The notes under the pieces were generated by a model, which made no database searches, was not told where the DNA came from, and saw only the letters and a list, made by a program, of their open reading frames with translations. This document shows positions 17,774 through 26,770 of a DNA stretch of 34,087 nucleotides, one piece after another. Every line of letters begins with the position of its first letter. The stretch's first letter is position 1. Source of the DNA: a virus (taxonomy: Duplodnaviria; Caudoviricetes); the IMG/VR virus record IMGVR_UViG_3300019996_000005, positions 1 through 34,087 of that record, one strand, 5' to 3'. The position numbers were made by a program, and so were the translations under genes.

Positions 17774-18097
17774 ATGAGAATTTCTGTATTAAACCCTGCA
17801 GGCGATAGGATTTACGAAGTCCACCAAGGCGCCGCAATCCGAATGCTTGAAAAAGCGCAAGCGAAGATTGCGAGAAGCGGGCGCGCACTACAGTTAATCG
17901 GAATCGGCGAGGTTGCGCCGGATGGACTCGCCGGCCGAACGCATACGAGCCGCGGCGGTTTGCTCGCCGTGATTGGCCGAAGCCAGCAATACACGACGGC
18001 GAACGGCCGCGGCCAGGTGGACGGCTTCAAGCAGATTTATCCCGAAGATCGCGACGTTTTCCGCTCGGCGATACTCGATTGCATGGTGACGCAATGA
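17774..18097 (+). CDS. Hypothetical protein, weak RRXRR/PLMP-like N-terminus
   Basis: GAGGT RBS; ISVLNPAG...AIRMLEKAQAKI...LQL. Confidence 0.7.
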   Translation: MRISVLNPAGDRIYEVHQGAAIRMLEKAQAKIARSGRALQLIGIGEVAPDGLAGRTHTSRGGLLAVIGRSQQYTTANGRGQVDGFKQIYPEDRDVFRSAILDCMVTQ

Positions 18098-18285
18098 CGA
18101 TCGGCGAACTCAAGCAGGCGATCGCCGCGCTTGACGACGGGCTAGAAATTGAGATAATCGCCCGATATGAGGATGACGACGGCGACGAAATCGAGCGTAG
18201 CTACGATCTGTCCACAGTCGGCGCCGTCATGGATCCAGACACGGCGGGAGAATATGCGCGCTTCGAGTGCGTCGAGCTCGATTAG
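18094..18285 (+). CDS. Small acidic protein (MTIGEL type)
   Basis: ATGA coupling; resembles 22496-22720. Confidence 0.7.
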   Translation: MTIGELKQAIAALDDGLEIEIIARYEDDDGDEIERSYDLSTVGAVMDPDTAGEYARFECVELD

Positions 18286-19588
18286 CGGCGCAACGCCGAT
18301 CAATTTTAACCGTTTGCCGGCCGGCGTCACGGCCGACGAAATCGCGGCGACGGCCGCGAGCTTGAGCGAATCGGAAATCCGCGATTTGCTCTATTGTTGG
18401 GAGCTTTGGAGCCGGCGCGAGCAAGAATGGCCGGCCGGCGATTGGCGCTTGTGGCTTATCATGGCCGGCCGCGGCTACGGCAAGACGCGGACGGGCGCCG
18501 AGACGGTGCGCCAGGTGGTGAATCAGGCGCCGCGGCAACGCATCGCGCTTATTGGGCCGACGGCCGGCGACTGTAGAGAAGTCATGGTAGAGGGTGAATC
18601 GGGCTTGCTTTCGGTGTTTCCGCCATCGCAACGGCCGATCTATGAGCCGTCGAAACGCCGCGTCACGTTCCATAACGGTACGCGGGCGTTTCTGTACTCG
18701 GCAGAGGAACCGGAACGGTTGCGCGGACCGCAACACGGCTTCGCCTGGTGCGATGAAATCGCGGCGTACGCGAAGCTAAAAGACCTTTGGAGCAACCTGC
18801 AATTCGGCTTGCGGCTCGGCGATGATCCGCGGATTCTCGCGACGACGACGCCGAAGCCGATCAAGTTTTTAAAAGACTTGCTCGCCGATCCTGGTACGGT
18901 CGTTACGCGCGGCTCGACGTTCGACAATCGGGCGAACTTGCCGGCATCGCAACTCGCCGATTTCGAGCGGGTCTATGGCGGTACGCGCATTGGTCGGCAA
19001 GAGCTCGGCGGCGAACTCTTGGAAGAATCCGAGGGCGCCTTGTGGACGCGCGAGGCGATCGAGCGGGCGCGCGTGCGCTCGGCGCCCGAGCTCGTGCGAA
19101 TCGTGATTGCGATTGATCCGGCGACAACGAGCGGCGAAGATTCCGACGATACGGGTATTTCGGCGTTCGGCATCGGCGCCGACGGTGACGGCTATGTACT
19201 CGCCGATGGTACTTGCCACCTTGGGCCGGCAGGTTGGGCGGCGCGCGCCGTGGGGATGTTCGACGGGCACGAAGCCGATAAGGTGATTGGCGAAGCCAAC
19301 AACGGCGGCGATATGGTAGAGCTCACGATGCGAACCGAGCGGCGCAATATCCCGTACGAGAAGGTGCACGCGAGCCGCGGCAAAGTGGCGCGCGCCGAGC
19401 CGATCGCGGCGCTATACGAGCAAGGGCGAATCCATCACGTCGGCAGTATGCCGGCGCTTGAGGATGAAATGGCGAATTTCGTACCGGGGCAGATGAAGAA
19501 ATCGCCGAACCGCGTGGACGCGCTCGTGTGGGGTGCGTCGTATCTGATGCTCAAGCCGGCGCGCGTCGGCCGTGTGTTGAGCTTATGA
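18254..19588 (+). CDS. terL: Terminase large subunit
   Basis: Walker A AGRGYGKT, Walker B AWCDE, TTTP coupling motif, IAIDPA nuclease motif; start uncertain. Confidence 0.95.
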   Translation: MRASSASSSISGATPINFNRLPAGVTADEIAATAASLSESEIRDLLYCWELWSRREQEWPAGDWRLWLIMAGRGYGKTRTGAETVRQVVNQAPRQRIALIGPTAGDCREVMVEGESGLLSVFPPSQRPIYEPSKRRVTFHNGTRAFLYSAEEPERLRGPQHGFAWCDEIAAYAKLKDLWSNLQFGLRLGDDPRILATTTPKPIKFLKDLLADPGTVVTRGSTFDNRANLPASQLADFERVYGGTRIGRQELGGELLEESEGALWTREAIERARVRSAPELVRIVIAIDPATTSGEDSDDTGISAFGIGADGDGYVLADGTCHLGPAGWAARAVGMFDGHEADKVIGEANNGGDMVELTMRTERRNIPYEKVHASRGKVARAEPIAALYEQGRIHHVGSMPALEDEMANFVPGQMKKSPNRVDALVWGASYLMLKPARVGRVLSL

Positions 19589-19936
19589 CCGATCGCCCGC
19601 GGGACAACGGTTTAGTTGTTGTAGACGACTAAGCGAAGGAAACCGCGGGCGCCCGGCCGGTTTGAGTTTATCACGATGACACTTGCCGAATTTGCAATTG
19701 CGCGCGTGGCCGGCCAGTTGGTACGCGACGCCGGCAAGCGCGAATTGACGCCGGACGAATGGCGGTTACTCCACAAATCTTTCGCCGGCAATGGCGCGCA
19801 TCGAAGCGCGCGAAGCCGGCGCCGCGGAATCGCCGGCATTGTCCACCGGCGAGGGGCGCCCGAAATCGGCAAATATACCGGGGGGTATAGGGTAAACGGG
19901 CGCCCGCTCGTTTCGTTCGGCAATACGGAGGTTGCC

Positions 19937-20071
19937 ATGCTGAATATTCGATTTGCGTTACTCTTGCTCGCGTTTCTATCGCTCGGCGCCGCGGCCGTCG
20001 GCGTGCCGTCGCGCGTTAACTTGGTTGCGGCGGGCTTGGCGCTTTGGGTACTCGCGGTGATTATCGGATGA
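19937..20071 (+). CDS. Small two-TM membrane protein (holin candidate); frame also open from 19676
   Basis: GGAGG RBS; two hydrophobic helices in 44 aa. Confidence 0.6.
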   Translation: MLNIRFALLLLAFLSLGAAAVGVPSRVNLVAAGLALWVLAVIIG

Positions 20072-20077
20072 ACCGGC

Positions 20078-20123
20078 GATCGGGCGAGCGAAGCGGCGGA
20101 ATCTCCGCACCTTCGCCCGCTCA
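20078..20123 (+). repeat. 41-bp inverted repeat element, copy 7 (between convergent genes; contains the stop of the 20121 gene)
   Basis: GGGCGAGCGAA-gcggcggaatctccgcacc-TTCGCCCGCTC. Confidence 0.9.
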
Positions 20124-20609
20124 ATCACTACATGCCGACTGGAACCGCGGGAAGTCGCGCGCCGCGGCTTGCACGATCTCGTTAAGCGCCTGCAGGAGCT
20201 CGGCGGCGCCGTCGAACGTGACGACAAGCCGGCCGGCTTCAAGCGCGATATTTGCCGGCAGATCGGCGAACGCTTCGGACCGAGCGGGCGGTACGGCGAT
20301 CGAGCGGGCGGCGAGCACGCGGCCGGCTTCGGCCAGGTGCGCGCCGACGCGTTCGACGCGGCGGGCTTCATACTCGAAATCGTCGGTACGGGCGATCTTA
20401 CGAACCCATGCGAGGGCTTGCCGGCGTACGACGACGTGCGAGGCGCCGGCTTGTATGGCGCCCATGCGCCGCATGAGCCGGCCGGCTTCGGTTTGCGAAA
20501 CGTGGAATATGCTTTCGATCGCGCGACGGTCTAAGAACGGCTCGGCGATCGCGTTTAAGTGGCGCTCGATCGTCGCAAAGTCGCGAAACCATTGGGGTTT
20601 TCGGGGCAT
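20121..20609 (-). CDS. Hypothetical protein, probable N-terminal HTH; adjacent to dif-like site 2
   Basis: LDRRAIESIFHVSQTEAGRLMRRMG HTH-like segment; antisense inside the packaging operon. Confidence 0.7.
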   Translation of the reverse strand: MPRKPQWFRDFATIERHLNAIAEPFLDRRAIESIFHVSQTEAGRLMRRMGAIQAGASHVVVRRQALAWVRKIARTDDFEYEARRVERVGAHLAEAGRVLAARSIAVPPARSEAFADLPANIALEAGRLVVTFDGAAELLQALNEIVQAAARDFPRFQSACSD

Positions 20610-20654
20610 CGGCGGTACTCGGTTATTCTACTGCGTTTCGGCAAGGTCTAACCA

Positions 20655-20682
20655 AGTTTACCTATCGCACCTTATCGGAAGC
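20655..20682 (-). other. dif-like XerC/XerD site 2
   Basis: GCTTCCGATAA-GGTGCG-ATAGGTAAACT; 8/11 and 9/11 to B. subtilis dif arms; intergenic. Confidence 0.6.
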
Positions 20683-20701
20683 GGCCGGAAAATGAGCTTT
20701 T

Positions 20702-22051
20702 ATGCCAGTAATTGAACGTGTGCTATCACGGCTCGGGCTCTCGCGCAAGGCGGACGTACCGATTATCAACGACGGCCGCGGCAATCTGCCGAGCATTCGC
20801 GTCGTCGGCGGAACCGGCTTGCCGTCGGCCAGGTGGACCGGCCAGGATTACGCGGGCATGGCGACGAACGGGTACGCGCTCAATAGCGACGTGTACGCCT
20901 GTATTTCGCTGATTGCCGCGGCCGGCAAGCAGGTTAAGTGGTGGGATGCCGGCAACGGTTCAAAGGCGCACACGCCGGCGCCCGAGCTCGCGAAGGCGAT
21001 CGGCCGCGGCGCCGACGGGCTCTTAGTCGGCGGCGACGAAAAGGCGCGCGAGCGGCATATCAAGCTCGTGACGAATCCGCGGCCGTCGATCGAGCTCTTG
21101 ACGAAAGCGGGCGGCGCCGGCTTCATTGAGGCGTGGTTGTCTTACATCCTGATTGCCGGCAATAGCTACATCGAAATCGAGCGCGCCGGCGATGCCGTGA
21201 CGGGCAAGCCGTCAATGCTCTACCTGCAACGGCCGGACCGCTTGACGGCCGTTGTACGGGCGCCTGGTGCCGTCGCCATGCAAATGAGCGAATCACAGTT
21301 AGTCGATCGGTGGACGGTCACGGCGTACGGCCAACGGCGCGACGTGCCAACGGACAACATCACGCATTCCAAGCTATTCAATCCGACCGATGATATTTAC
21401 GGCATGGCGCCGCTACAAGCGGCGCTCTTGCGCGTGGACGCCGAAAACGAAGGGCTCACGCTCATAAAACGGATGCTGCAACGCGGGTTTTCGCCTGGTT
21501 GGATTGAGGCGCGCGAAGATTCGGAATGGAGCGATACACAAGTAGCTCAGTTGAAAGAACGGGTCAAATCGAGCAAGTCGGCCGGCGAAGAACTGTTTTT
21601 AGAAAACGCGAAATGGCATCAAATGGGCTTCAATCCCGTTGATTCCGGCGTTACCGAGCAACAGATTTTGAGCAAGCGCGATATCGCGAGCGTCTTTCAT
21701 GTGCCGTCGCAATTGATCGGCGACGCGCAAACGCAGACGTACAGCAACTATCAAGAGGCGCGGCGGGCGTTGTACATGGAAGCGGTGATTCCGTTGCTGC
21801 AGCACTTCCGCGGCGACTGGAACCGGACGATCGGCGCCGCGCTCGGTTCGCCGCTCGACTTCGATAAAGACTCCTTCGACGCGATCACGGCCGCACGGCA
21901 AGAGGCGACGGACCGCGTTGTAAAATTATTCACGAGCGGACTGATAACGCAAGCCGAAGGGCGAAGCGATCTAGAGTACGGGCCGGCGCAACCGGACGAT
22001 ACGTTTTATGCGCCGGCAAACTTAATGCCGCTCGATCGGACGGGCGACTAG
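20702..22051 (+). CDS. Portal protein (HK97 family)
   Basis: VYACISLIA, GNSYIEI, RPDR, YGMAPLQAA, IASVFHVPSQLIG, TYSNY motifs. Confidence 0.93.
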   Translation: MPVIERVLSRLGLSRKADVPIINDGRGNLPSIRVVGGTGLPSARWTGQDYAGMATNGYALNSDVYACISLIAAAGKQVKWWDAGNGSKAHTPAPELAKAIGRGADGLLVGGDEKARERHIKLVTNPRPSIELLTKAGGAGFIEAWLSYILIAGNSYIEIERAGDAVTGKPSMLYLQRPDRLTAVVRAPGAVAMQMSESQLVDRWTVTAYGQRRDVPTDNITHSKLFNPTDDIYGMAPLQAALLRVDAENEGLTLIKRMLQRGFSPGWIEAREDSEWSDTQVAQLKERVKSSKSAGEELFLENAKWHQMGFNPVDSGVTEQQILSKRDIASVFHVPSQLIGDAQTQTYSNYQEARRALYMEAVIPLLQHFRGDWNRTIGAALGSPLDFDKDSFDAITAARQEATDRVVKLFTSGLITQAEGRSDLEYGPAQPDDTFYAPANLMPLDRTGD

Positions 22052-22052
22052 C

Positions 22053-22499
22053 ATGGCTCAACCGCGGTACAACGACGCGTTACAGCGATTCATTCGGGAG
22101 TGGCGCCCGAACGACGCCGATCTTGACAAGCGGTTTATTCAAGGCGTGCGCGAGCTCGTTTCGGCGATCGTTTCACCACCGGCCGGCGTTTTTGAAGTCG
22201 AGACGATTCTATCGCCCGAGGGCGGTAAAGTCGTCGTTCGGCTCGCCGATTATGAGGCGCAGTTAGACCCGCTCGACGCGCAACGCTTCGCGCTTGCGCT
22301 CGTTGAGGCGGCGGCGTCGGCTCGGGCGGAATCGTGGCTCGTGAAATTCCTGCAGGAGCAGTTAGAGGTTGAAATGGGCGCCGCGGCGCGCGTGATTGCC
22401 AGTTTCCGAGACTATCGCGTCGCCGAAATGCAACGCGAGCTTACGGCGGATATGGCGGGCTCGGCGCCGGCCGCGGCGCCTGCAGGGGGCAAGCCGTGA
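22053..22499 (+). CDS. Hypothetical protein
   Basis: Tightly packed after portal. Confidence 0.7.
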   Translation: MAQPRYNDALQRFIREWRPNDADLDKRFIQGVRELVSAIVSPPAGVFEVETILSPEGGKVVVRLADYEAQLDPLDAQRFALALVEAAASARAESWLVKFLQEQLEVEMGAAARVIASFRDYRVAEMQRELTADMAGSAPAAAPAGGKP

Positions 22500-22720
22500 C
22501 AGTCGGCGACTTGAGAAAGCGGCTTCGCGGCGTACCGGACGGGCTACCGATCGTCGTTCGCATTCCGGCCGACGAAGAATTAAACGGCAATTGCCTTGAT
22601 TTGGCCGGCGTCACGATCGAAGACGATCACGTCACCGAGCAAGACTTTGTTGCGTTCGATTGCGACCAAGACGGCGACTTGAGCGCGACGGGCTTTTTAC
22701 CGAGCGGGGGCAAGCCGTGA
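22496..22720 (+). CDS. Small acidic protein (MTVGDL type) flanked by 16-bp direct repeats
   Basis: GTGA coupling at both ends. Confidence 0.7.
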   Translation: MTVGDLRKRLRGVPDGLPIVVRIPADEELNGNCLDLAGVTIEDDHVTEQDFVAFDCDQDGDLSATGFLPSGGKP

Positions 22721-23019
22721 CGCTCGCGGCGAATCAACGCGTACGAATCTCGGGCGAAGCCGGTACCGTCGTCGGCCGCGTCGAGGAAATCCGGCCGGTT
22801 GAGGAAATGCCGGAATTTGCCGAGCTCGGATTTCCGACGGCCGGCGAATTTGCGCCAAAGTCGATCATGCGGGAATTTGGCATCGAACGCGTCGCGTCGA
22901 TCAGCTATTACGCAACGCCGAACACACAGTATCTCTTTACGGCGTTTGAAATCGGCGGCGAATGGTACGACTTGAAGCGCAACAAACTGACGCTAGAAGT
23001 GGTTGGGGTGTTCCAATGA
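22717..23019 (+). CDS. Hypothetical protein
   Basis: GTGA coupling, GGGGG RBS. Confidence 0.7.
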   Translation: MTLAANQRVRISGEAGTVVGRVEEIRPVEEMPEFAELGFPTAGEFAPKSIMREFGIERVASISYYATPNTQYLFTAFEIGGEWYDLKRNKLTLEVVGVFQ

Positions 23020-23020
23020 A

Positions 23021-23263
23021 ATGCCGAGACGAAAGGGCAGACCGTACGCCGCGCGAGCGGCGGCGACGGCTCACGTTGAGAGTGTCGGTATGAAGTCGCG
23101 CTTGCAAACGGCCGTTGCGCGCTTCGCCGGCCATTGCGCCGAGTGCGGCCGTTCGATCGCCCGTAATGCGCCGATCGTTTACGATACCAAGCTCAAGCGC
23201 ACGCTTTGTAAGGGGTGCGGCGAGCACCAACAAACGCAAGAGGGCGAGCTATTCGCGAAGTAG
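23021..23263 (+). CDS. Small Zn-finger-like protein
   Basis: ARFAGHCAECG...LCKGC. Confidence 0.65.
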   Translation: MPRRKGRPYAARAAATAHVESVGMKSRLQTAVARFAGHCAECGRSIARNAPIVYDTKLKRTLCKGCGEHQQTQEGELFAK

Positions 23264-23264
23264 G

Positions 23265-24041
23265 ATGTTAATGGCAGTGCCGGCTAAAAGCGCGCGGATT
23301 TATCGCGCGTTCGATTCTTTCATGGCGCAAGCCGGCCGCGGTGCGTCGCGCTCGGCGCATACTCGCCTGGTTGCCGAAGCCGGCAAAGCGGCTCGGGCAT
23401 TTGCGGCCGGCGCCGGCGAAGCCGCGGCGCTCGCCGAAGTGCTCGATTCCACATGGACGGCGTATCTCGGGCTCGTGTGGGTCGAAACCGTGACGCGCGC
23501 CGGCGTGCTTACGGCCGAATCGCTCGGCGCCGCGGCCGACGCCGGCGTATTTGATCGCGCGGCGCGCCTGTATCTCGATCGCAACGCGCGGACGCGCGGC
23601 GCCGGCATCGCGGAAACGTCGCGCAAGGCCATTCAAAAGTCGATGGACGACGGGCGCGAGGCGAACGAAACGCCGGCCGAAATCGGGCGCCGGATTCTCG
23701 ACGACGCCGAAGCCGCGGCCGTGTGGCGCGGCGCTACGATCGGCTCGACGGAATCGCACGCGGCCGGCAATTTCGGCGCGCTCACCGGCGCGGTGCAGAC
23801 GTTGCGCGGTTGGTTGAAAGTGTGGACGGCGCCGCGCGCCGCGGGCGTGACGTGCGATCAGCACAAATCGACGCATGGACAACGCCGGCCGTTGCGCGAC
23901 ACGTTCGCCGTCGTCAACGATTACGAGCCGGACGAACCGGCCGAAGCCATGAATTATCCGGGCGACGGCGAGCACGGCGCCCGCGCGTCGAACGTCATCA
24001 ATTGCCGTTGCACGATGGAGTTTAGGAGGTTGCAGCAATGA
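23265..24041 (+). CDS. Head morphogenesis protein (Mu gpF/SPP1 gp7-like)
   Basis: TESH, KVW, YPGD...NVINCRC C-terminal motif. Confidence 0.8.
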   Translation: MLMAVPAKSARIYRAFDSFMAQAGRGASRSAHTRLVAEAGKAARAFAAGAGEAAALAEVLDSTWTAYLGLVWVETVTRAGVLTAESLGAAADAGVFDRAARLYLDRNARTRGAGIAETSRKAIQKSMDDGREANETPAEIGRRILDDAEAAAVWRGATIGSTESHAAGNFGALTGAVQTLRGWLKVWTAPRAAGVTCDQHKSTHGQRRPLRDTFAVVNDYEPDEPAEAMNYPGDGEHGARASNVINCRCTMEFRRLQQ

Positions 24042-24568
24042 AGGGCAAACGAGGCGAACGGCCGGCCGCGGGCGCGCCTGCAGACGAAACGCCGGCGCCG
24101 GATACGGCCGTAAAAGACGAAGCGGCGCCTGGTGGAGTGACGACGCCGGCCGCGGCGCCGGCCGCGGCTTCACCGGCCGATGCGACGATTAGCTATCTGC
24201 CGGAACGCATCGTAAAAGAGACGATCCGGCACAAGTACACAATCCCCGAGCTCGCCGAGCTCGCCGACAAAATGGGGCGGGCCGCGGCGCAGGTATACGC
24301 GATCGAGCGGCAAAAGAGCGAGCAAGCCGCGCACTATGGCGCCGAGCTCAAGGCGGCGAATTTGGCGCACGGTGATCTAGTCGAGCGGTTCAATCAAAAG
24401 TACGAAATGCGCGACGTGGAATGCCGCATTGTGTACGATCGGCCGGAACCGGGGTACAAGGCGTACGTACGAACCGACAACGGCGAAAGTATCCGCGAAG
24501 TGCCGATGACTGATGCCGAAAAACAGCGGGCGTTCGTGTTCGATGCCGGCGACGGCAAACCGCAATAA
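24038..24568 (+). CDS. Hypothetical coiled-coil protein
   Basis: AGGAGG RBS, ATGA coupling. Confidence 0.75.
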   Translation: MKGKRGERPAAGAPADETPAPDTAVKDEAAPGGVTTPAAAPAAASPADATISYLPERIVKETIRHKYTIPELAELADKMGRAAAQVYAIERQKSEQAAHYGAELKAANLAHGDLVERFNQKYEMRDVECRIVYDRPEPGYKAYVRTDNGESIREVPMTDAEKQRAFVFDAGDGKPQ

Positions 24569-24582
24569 AGCAGGGGGAATTT

Positions 24583-25290
24583 ATGCCGATCGAAAAGAAA
24601 TCGTTCGCTTGCGCGATCGAGTTTAAGGAAGTCACCGAAGACGGCCAGTTTGAAGGGCACGCCGCGGTAATCGGTAATGTGGATCTCGGGGGCGATCGCA
24701 TTAAACGCGGCGCGTTCGCCCGCACGATCGAGGCGACGGGCGGCAAATGGCCGGTACTCATGGGTCATCTGATGGCGCGGCCGGTTGGGTTCTCAACGGG
24801 CGCCGATGAAGACGGCAAGGGCTTGCACGTATACGGCGAATTTACGCTCGGCGCCGACGACGGCCGCAATGCGTACGCGCTCGCGCGCCACGCGGCGAAG
24901 CTCAAGCAACCATTCGGGCTTTCGATCGGGTACGGCATCGCCGAGAACGGCGCCAAATTCAACAACGAAACCGGCGTGCGCGACTTGACCGATTTGGACG
25001 TTTACGAGTTTTCGCTCGCCCCGGTGCCGATGAATCCGCGGGCGCGCATCGCCCGCGTGAAAGCGGCCGGCGAACGCTACAGCGAACGCGAAATTGAGGG
25101 AATCTTGCGGGATGCCGGATTCTCTAACAGTGAGGCGAAGTGCCTCATTTCCTCTTTGAAGGGACAACGGGACGTTGAACCGGAAACGCTACTCGATACG
25201 AAAGTGGCGGCAGCATTCCACGATCTAATCAACACGGCCGGCGTGATCTATGAGCTCACGGCCGGCATGGAGCAATTACGTCATGGGTGA
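24583..25290 (+). CDS. Prohead protease (HK97 family)
   Basis: FEGHAAVIGNVDLGGDRI, H, GLSIGY, EFSL..PMNP motifs. Confidence 0.92.
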   Translation: MPIEKKSFACAIEFKEVTEDGQFEGHAAVIGNVDLGGDRIKRGAFARTIEATGGKWPVLMGHLMARPVGFSTGADEDGKGLHVYGEFTLGADDGRNAYALARHAAKLKQPFGLSIGYGIAENGAKFNNETGVRDLTDLDVYEFSLAPVPMNPRARIARVKAAGERYSEREIEGILRDAGFSNSEAKCLISSLKGQRDVEPETLLDTKVAAAFHDLINTAGVIYELTAGMEQLRHG

Positions 25291-26539
25291 AACCAACAAT
25301 ACCGTTGTAACCGGCGAAGACGTCCAAAAACTGATGGGCATTTTGTCCGGCTTCAAAGGCCAGTACGCGCAGTTACACGACGACTTTACGAAGCTCGGCG
25401 GCGCACAATCGGAAACCGTCGTCAAGCTCGGCAAGCTCACCGACGATATGGTAAGCCTGCAGGCGAAGTACGCAACCGACGCGGCGAAGCGGCTCGACGC
25501 GATCGAGGAAAAGCTAAACCGCGGGCCGGCGACGCCGACGGCGCCGAAGTCGATCGGCCAAATGGTGATTGAAGACGCCGGCTTGCTCGCCGGCATCAAA
25601 AGCGGCGGGCGCTTTGCGGCGACGATCACGCTCAAGGGCACGCTGCAAAGTCTGATGCAAAAGGACATTACGACGATTTCGCAATCGTGGCCACAATTGC
25701 TGCAAATGATCGCGCCTATCGGTCATCCGCCGATCGGCGTACGTCAACTCGTGCCGCAAGGCCGGACGGGTTCGGGCTCGGTAGAGTACATCGAGGAAAC
25801 GAGCTTTACGAACAACGCCGCGGTTGTCGCTGAGGGCGCGGCGAAGCCGAAATCCGATAAGGTATTCACGCCGCGCACGTCGGTTGTCCGTACGATTGCT
25901 CATTACTTCAAAATGAGCAAGCAGACTTTCGACGATCTGCCATTTCTCGCGTCCCAGGTCGAAAACAACGGGATTTGGGGCATCCAGACGGTTGAAGACA
26001 ACCAATTGCTCAACGGCTCGGGCGCACCGCCGAACCTGCAAGGGTTTAACGTCGTTGCAACCGCGGCACCGGCGCCGGCGCCCGCAACGGGCGCAACGTT
26101 GGTTGACGCGATCGGTGCGGCCGTGTTCGATCTCGCCGCAAAGGGCTTCATTGCCGACGGCTCCGTAGTTAATCCGGCAGATTGGGGTCATGTGGCGATG
26201 CTGAAAAACATACAAGGCAATTACATTTTCAGCAATCCGCTCGATTATGCGTCGGGCGGGCGCATTTGGGGTACTCGCCTGGTGGCGTCGGCGAATCAAG
26301 CGGCCGGCACGTTTTTGACGGGCGCCTTTCAGGGGCATTCACAGATTCTCGATCGCGAGGACGTGCATGTACAGGTCGCCAATCAGAACGAAGACGACTT
26401 CATTAAGAACATGGTGACGATTCTTATTGAGGAACGGCTTGCGCTGGTAATCTTCCAAGTAAAGGCGTTTGAGAAGGGCGTAGTACCGACGGGTACAACC
26501 GAGCTCGACGAAACGCCGGTACGCCGCGGCGCGAAGTAA
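25283..26539 (+). CDS. Major capsid protein (HK97 fold with delta domain)
   Basis: N-terminal coiled coil; VAEGAAKPKSD, EDNQLLNGSG, NPADW, DDFIKNMVTILIEERL. Confidence 0.93.
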   Translation: MGETNNTVVTGEDVQKLMGILSGFKGQYAQLHDDFTKLGGAQSETVVKLGKLTDDMVSLQAKYATDAAKRLDAIEEKLNRGPATPTAPKSIGQMVIEDAGLLAGIKSGGRFAATITLKGTLQSLMQKDITTISQSWPQLLQMIAPIGHPPIGVRQLVPQGRTGSGSVEYIEETSFTNNAAVVAEGAAKPKSDKVFTPRTSVVRTIAHYFKMSKQTFDDLPFLASQVENNGIWGIQTVEDNQLLNGSGAPPNLQGFNVVATAAPAPAPATGATLVDAIGAAVFDLAAKGFIADGSVVNPADWGHVAMLKNIQGNYIFSNPLDYASGGRIWGTRLVASANQAAGTFLTGAFQGHSQILDREDVHVQVANQNEDDFIKNMVTILIEERLALVIFQVKAFEKGVVPTGTTELDETPVRRGAK

Positions 26540-26585
26540 GATAGAATCCGGGCCGGCCGCGGCGAACGGTGCCGGCCGGGACTTT

Positions 26586-26640
26586 GCCGGGGGAATCCCG
26601 CTCTCTTGTCAGGGCGGGCGGGATTCTTGCCGGCGTTTTT
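26586..26640 (+). terminator. Rho-independent terminator after the capsid gene
   Basis: GCCGG..GAATCCCGC / GCGGGATTC..CCGGC stem then TTTTT. Confidence 0.6.
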
Positions 26641-26650
26641 GGGGGCGAAC

Positions 26651-26770
26651 ATGGGCGACGAACCGAAGCAACCGAAGCCGAAAAAGATCAAGCCGGCGCC
26701 GAAGCGCAAGCCGGCGAAGTCGCCGGTTAACAAGGCGATGGACGGCGCACCGGAAAACAAGGCGCTATGA
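26651..26770 (+). CDS. Small basic protein following the capsid gene (39 aa)
   Basis: GGGGG RBS; MGDEPKQPKPKK...APENKAL; ATGA coupling to next gene. Confidence 0.55.
   Translation: MGDEPKQPKPKKIKPAPKRKPAKSPVNKAMDGAPENKAL

Noticed and set aside
19876-19889. ATACCGGGGGGTAT as a cos site
   Set aside because: Short dyad downstream of terL rather than near terS; cannot be supported without read-terminus data
23268-26338. Long antisense ORFs such as 23268-24173 and 25514-26338
   Set aside because: Shadow frames of well-supported GC-rich genes with Arg/Pro-rich, non-protein-like composition
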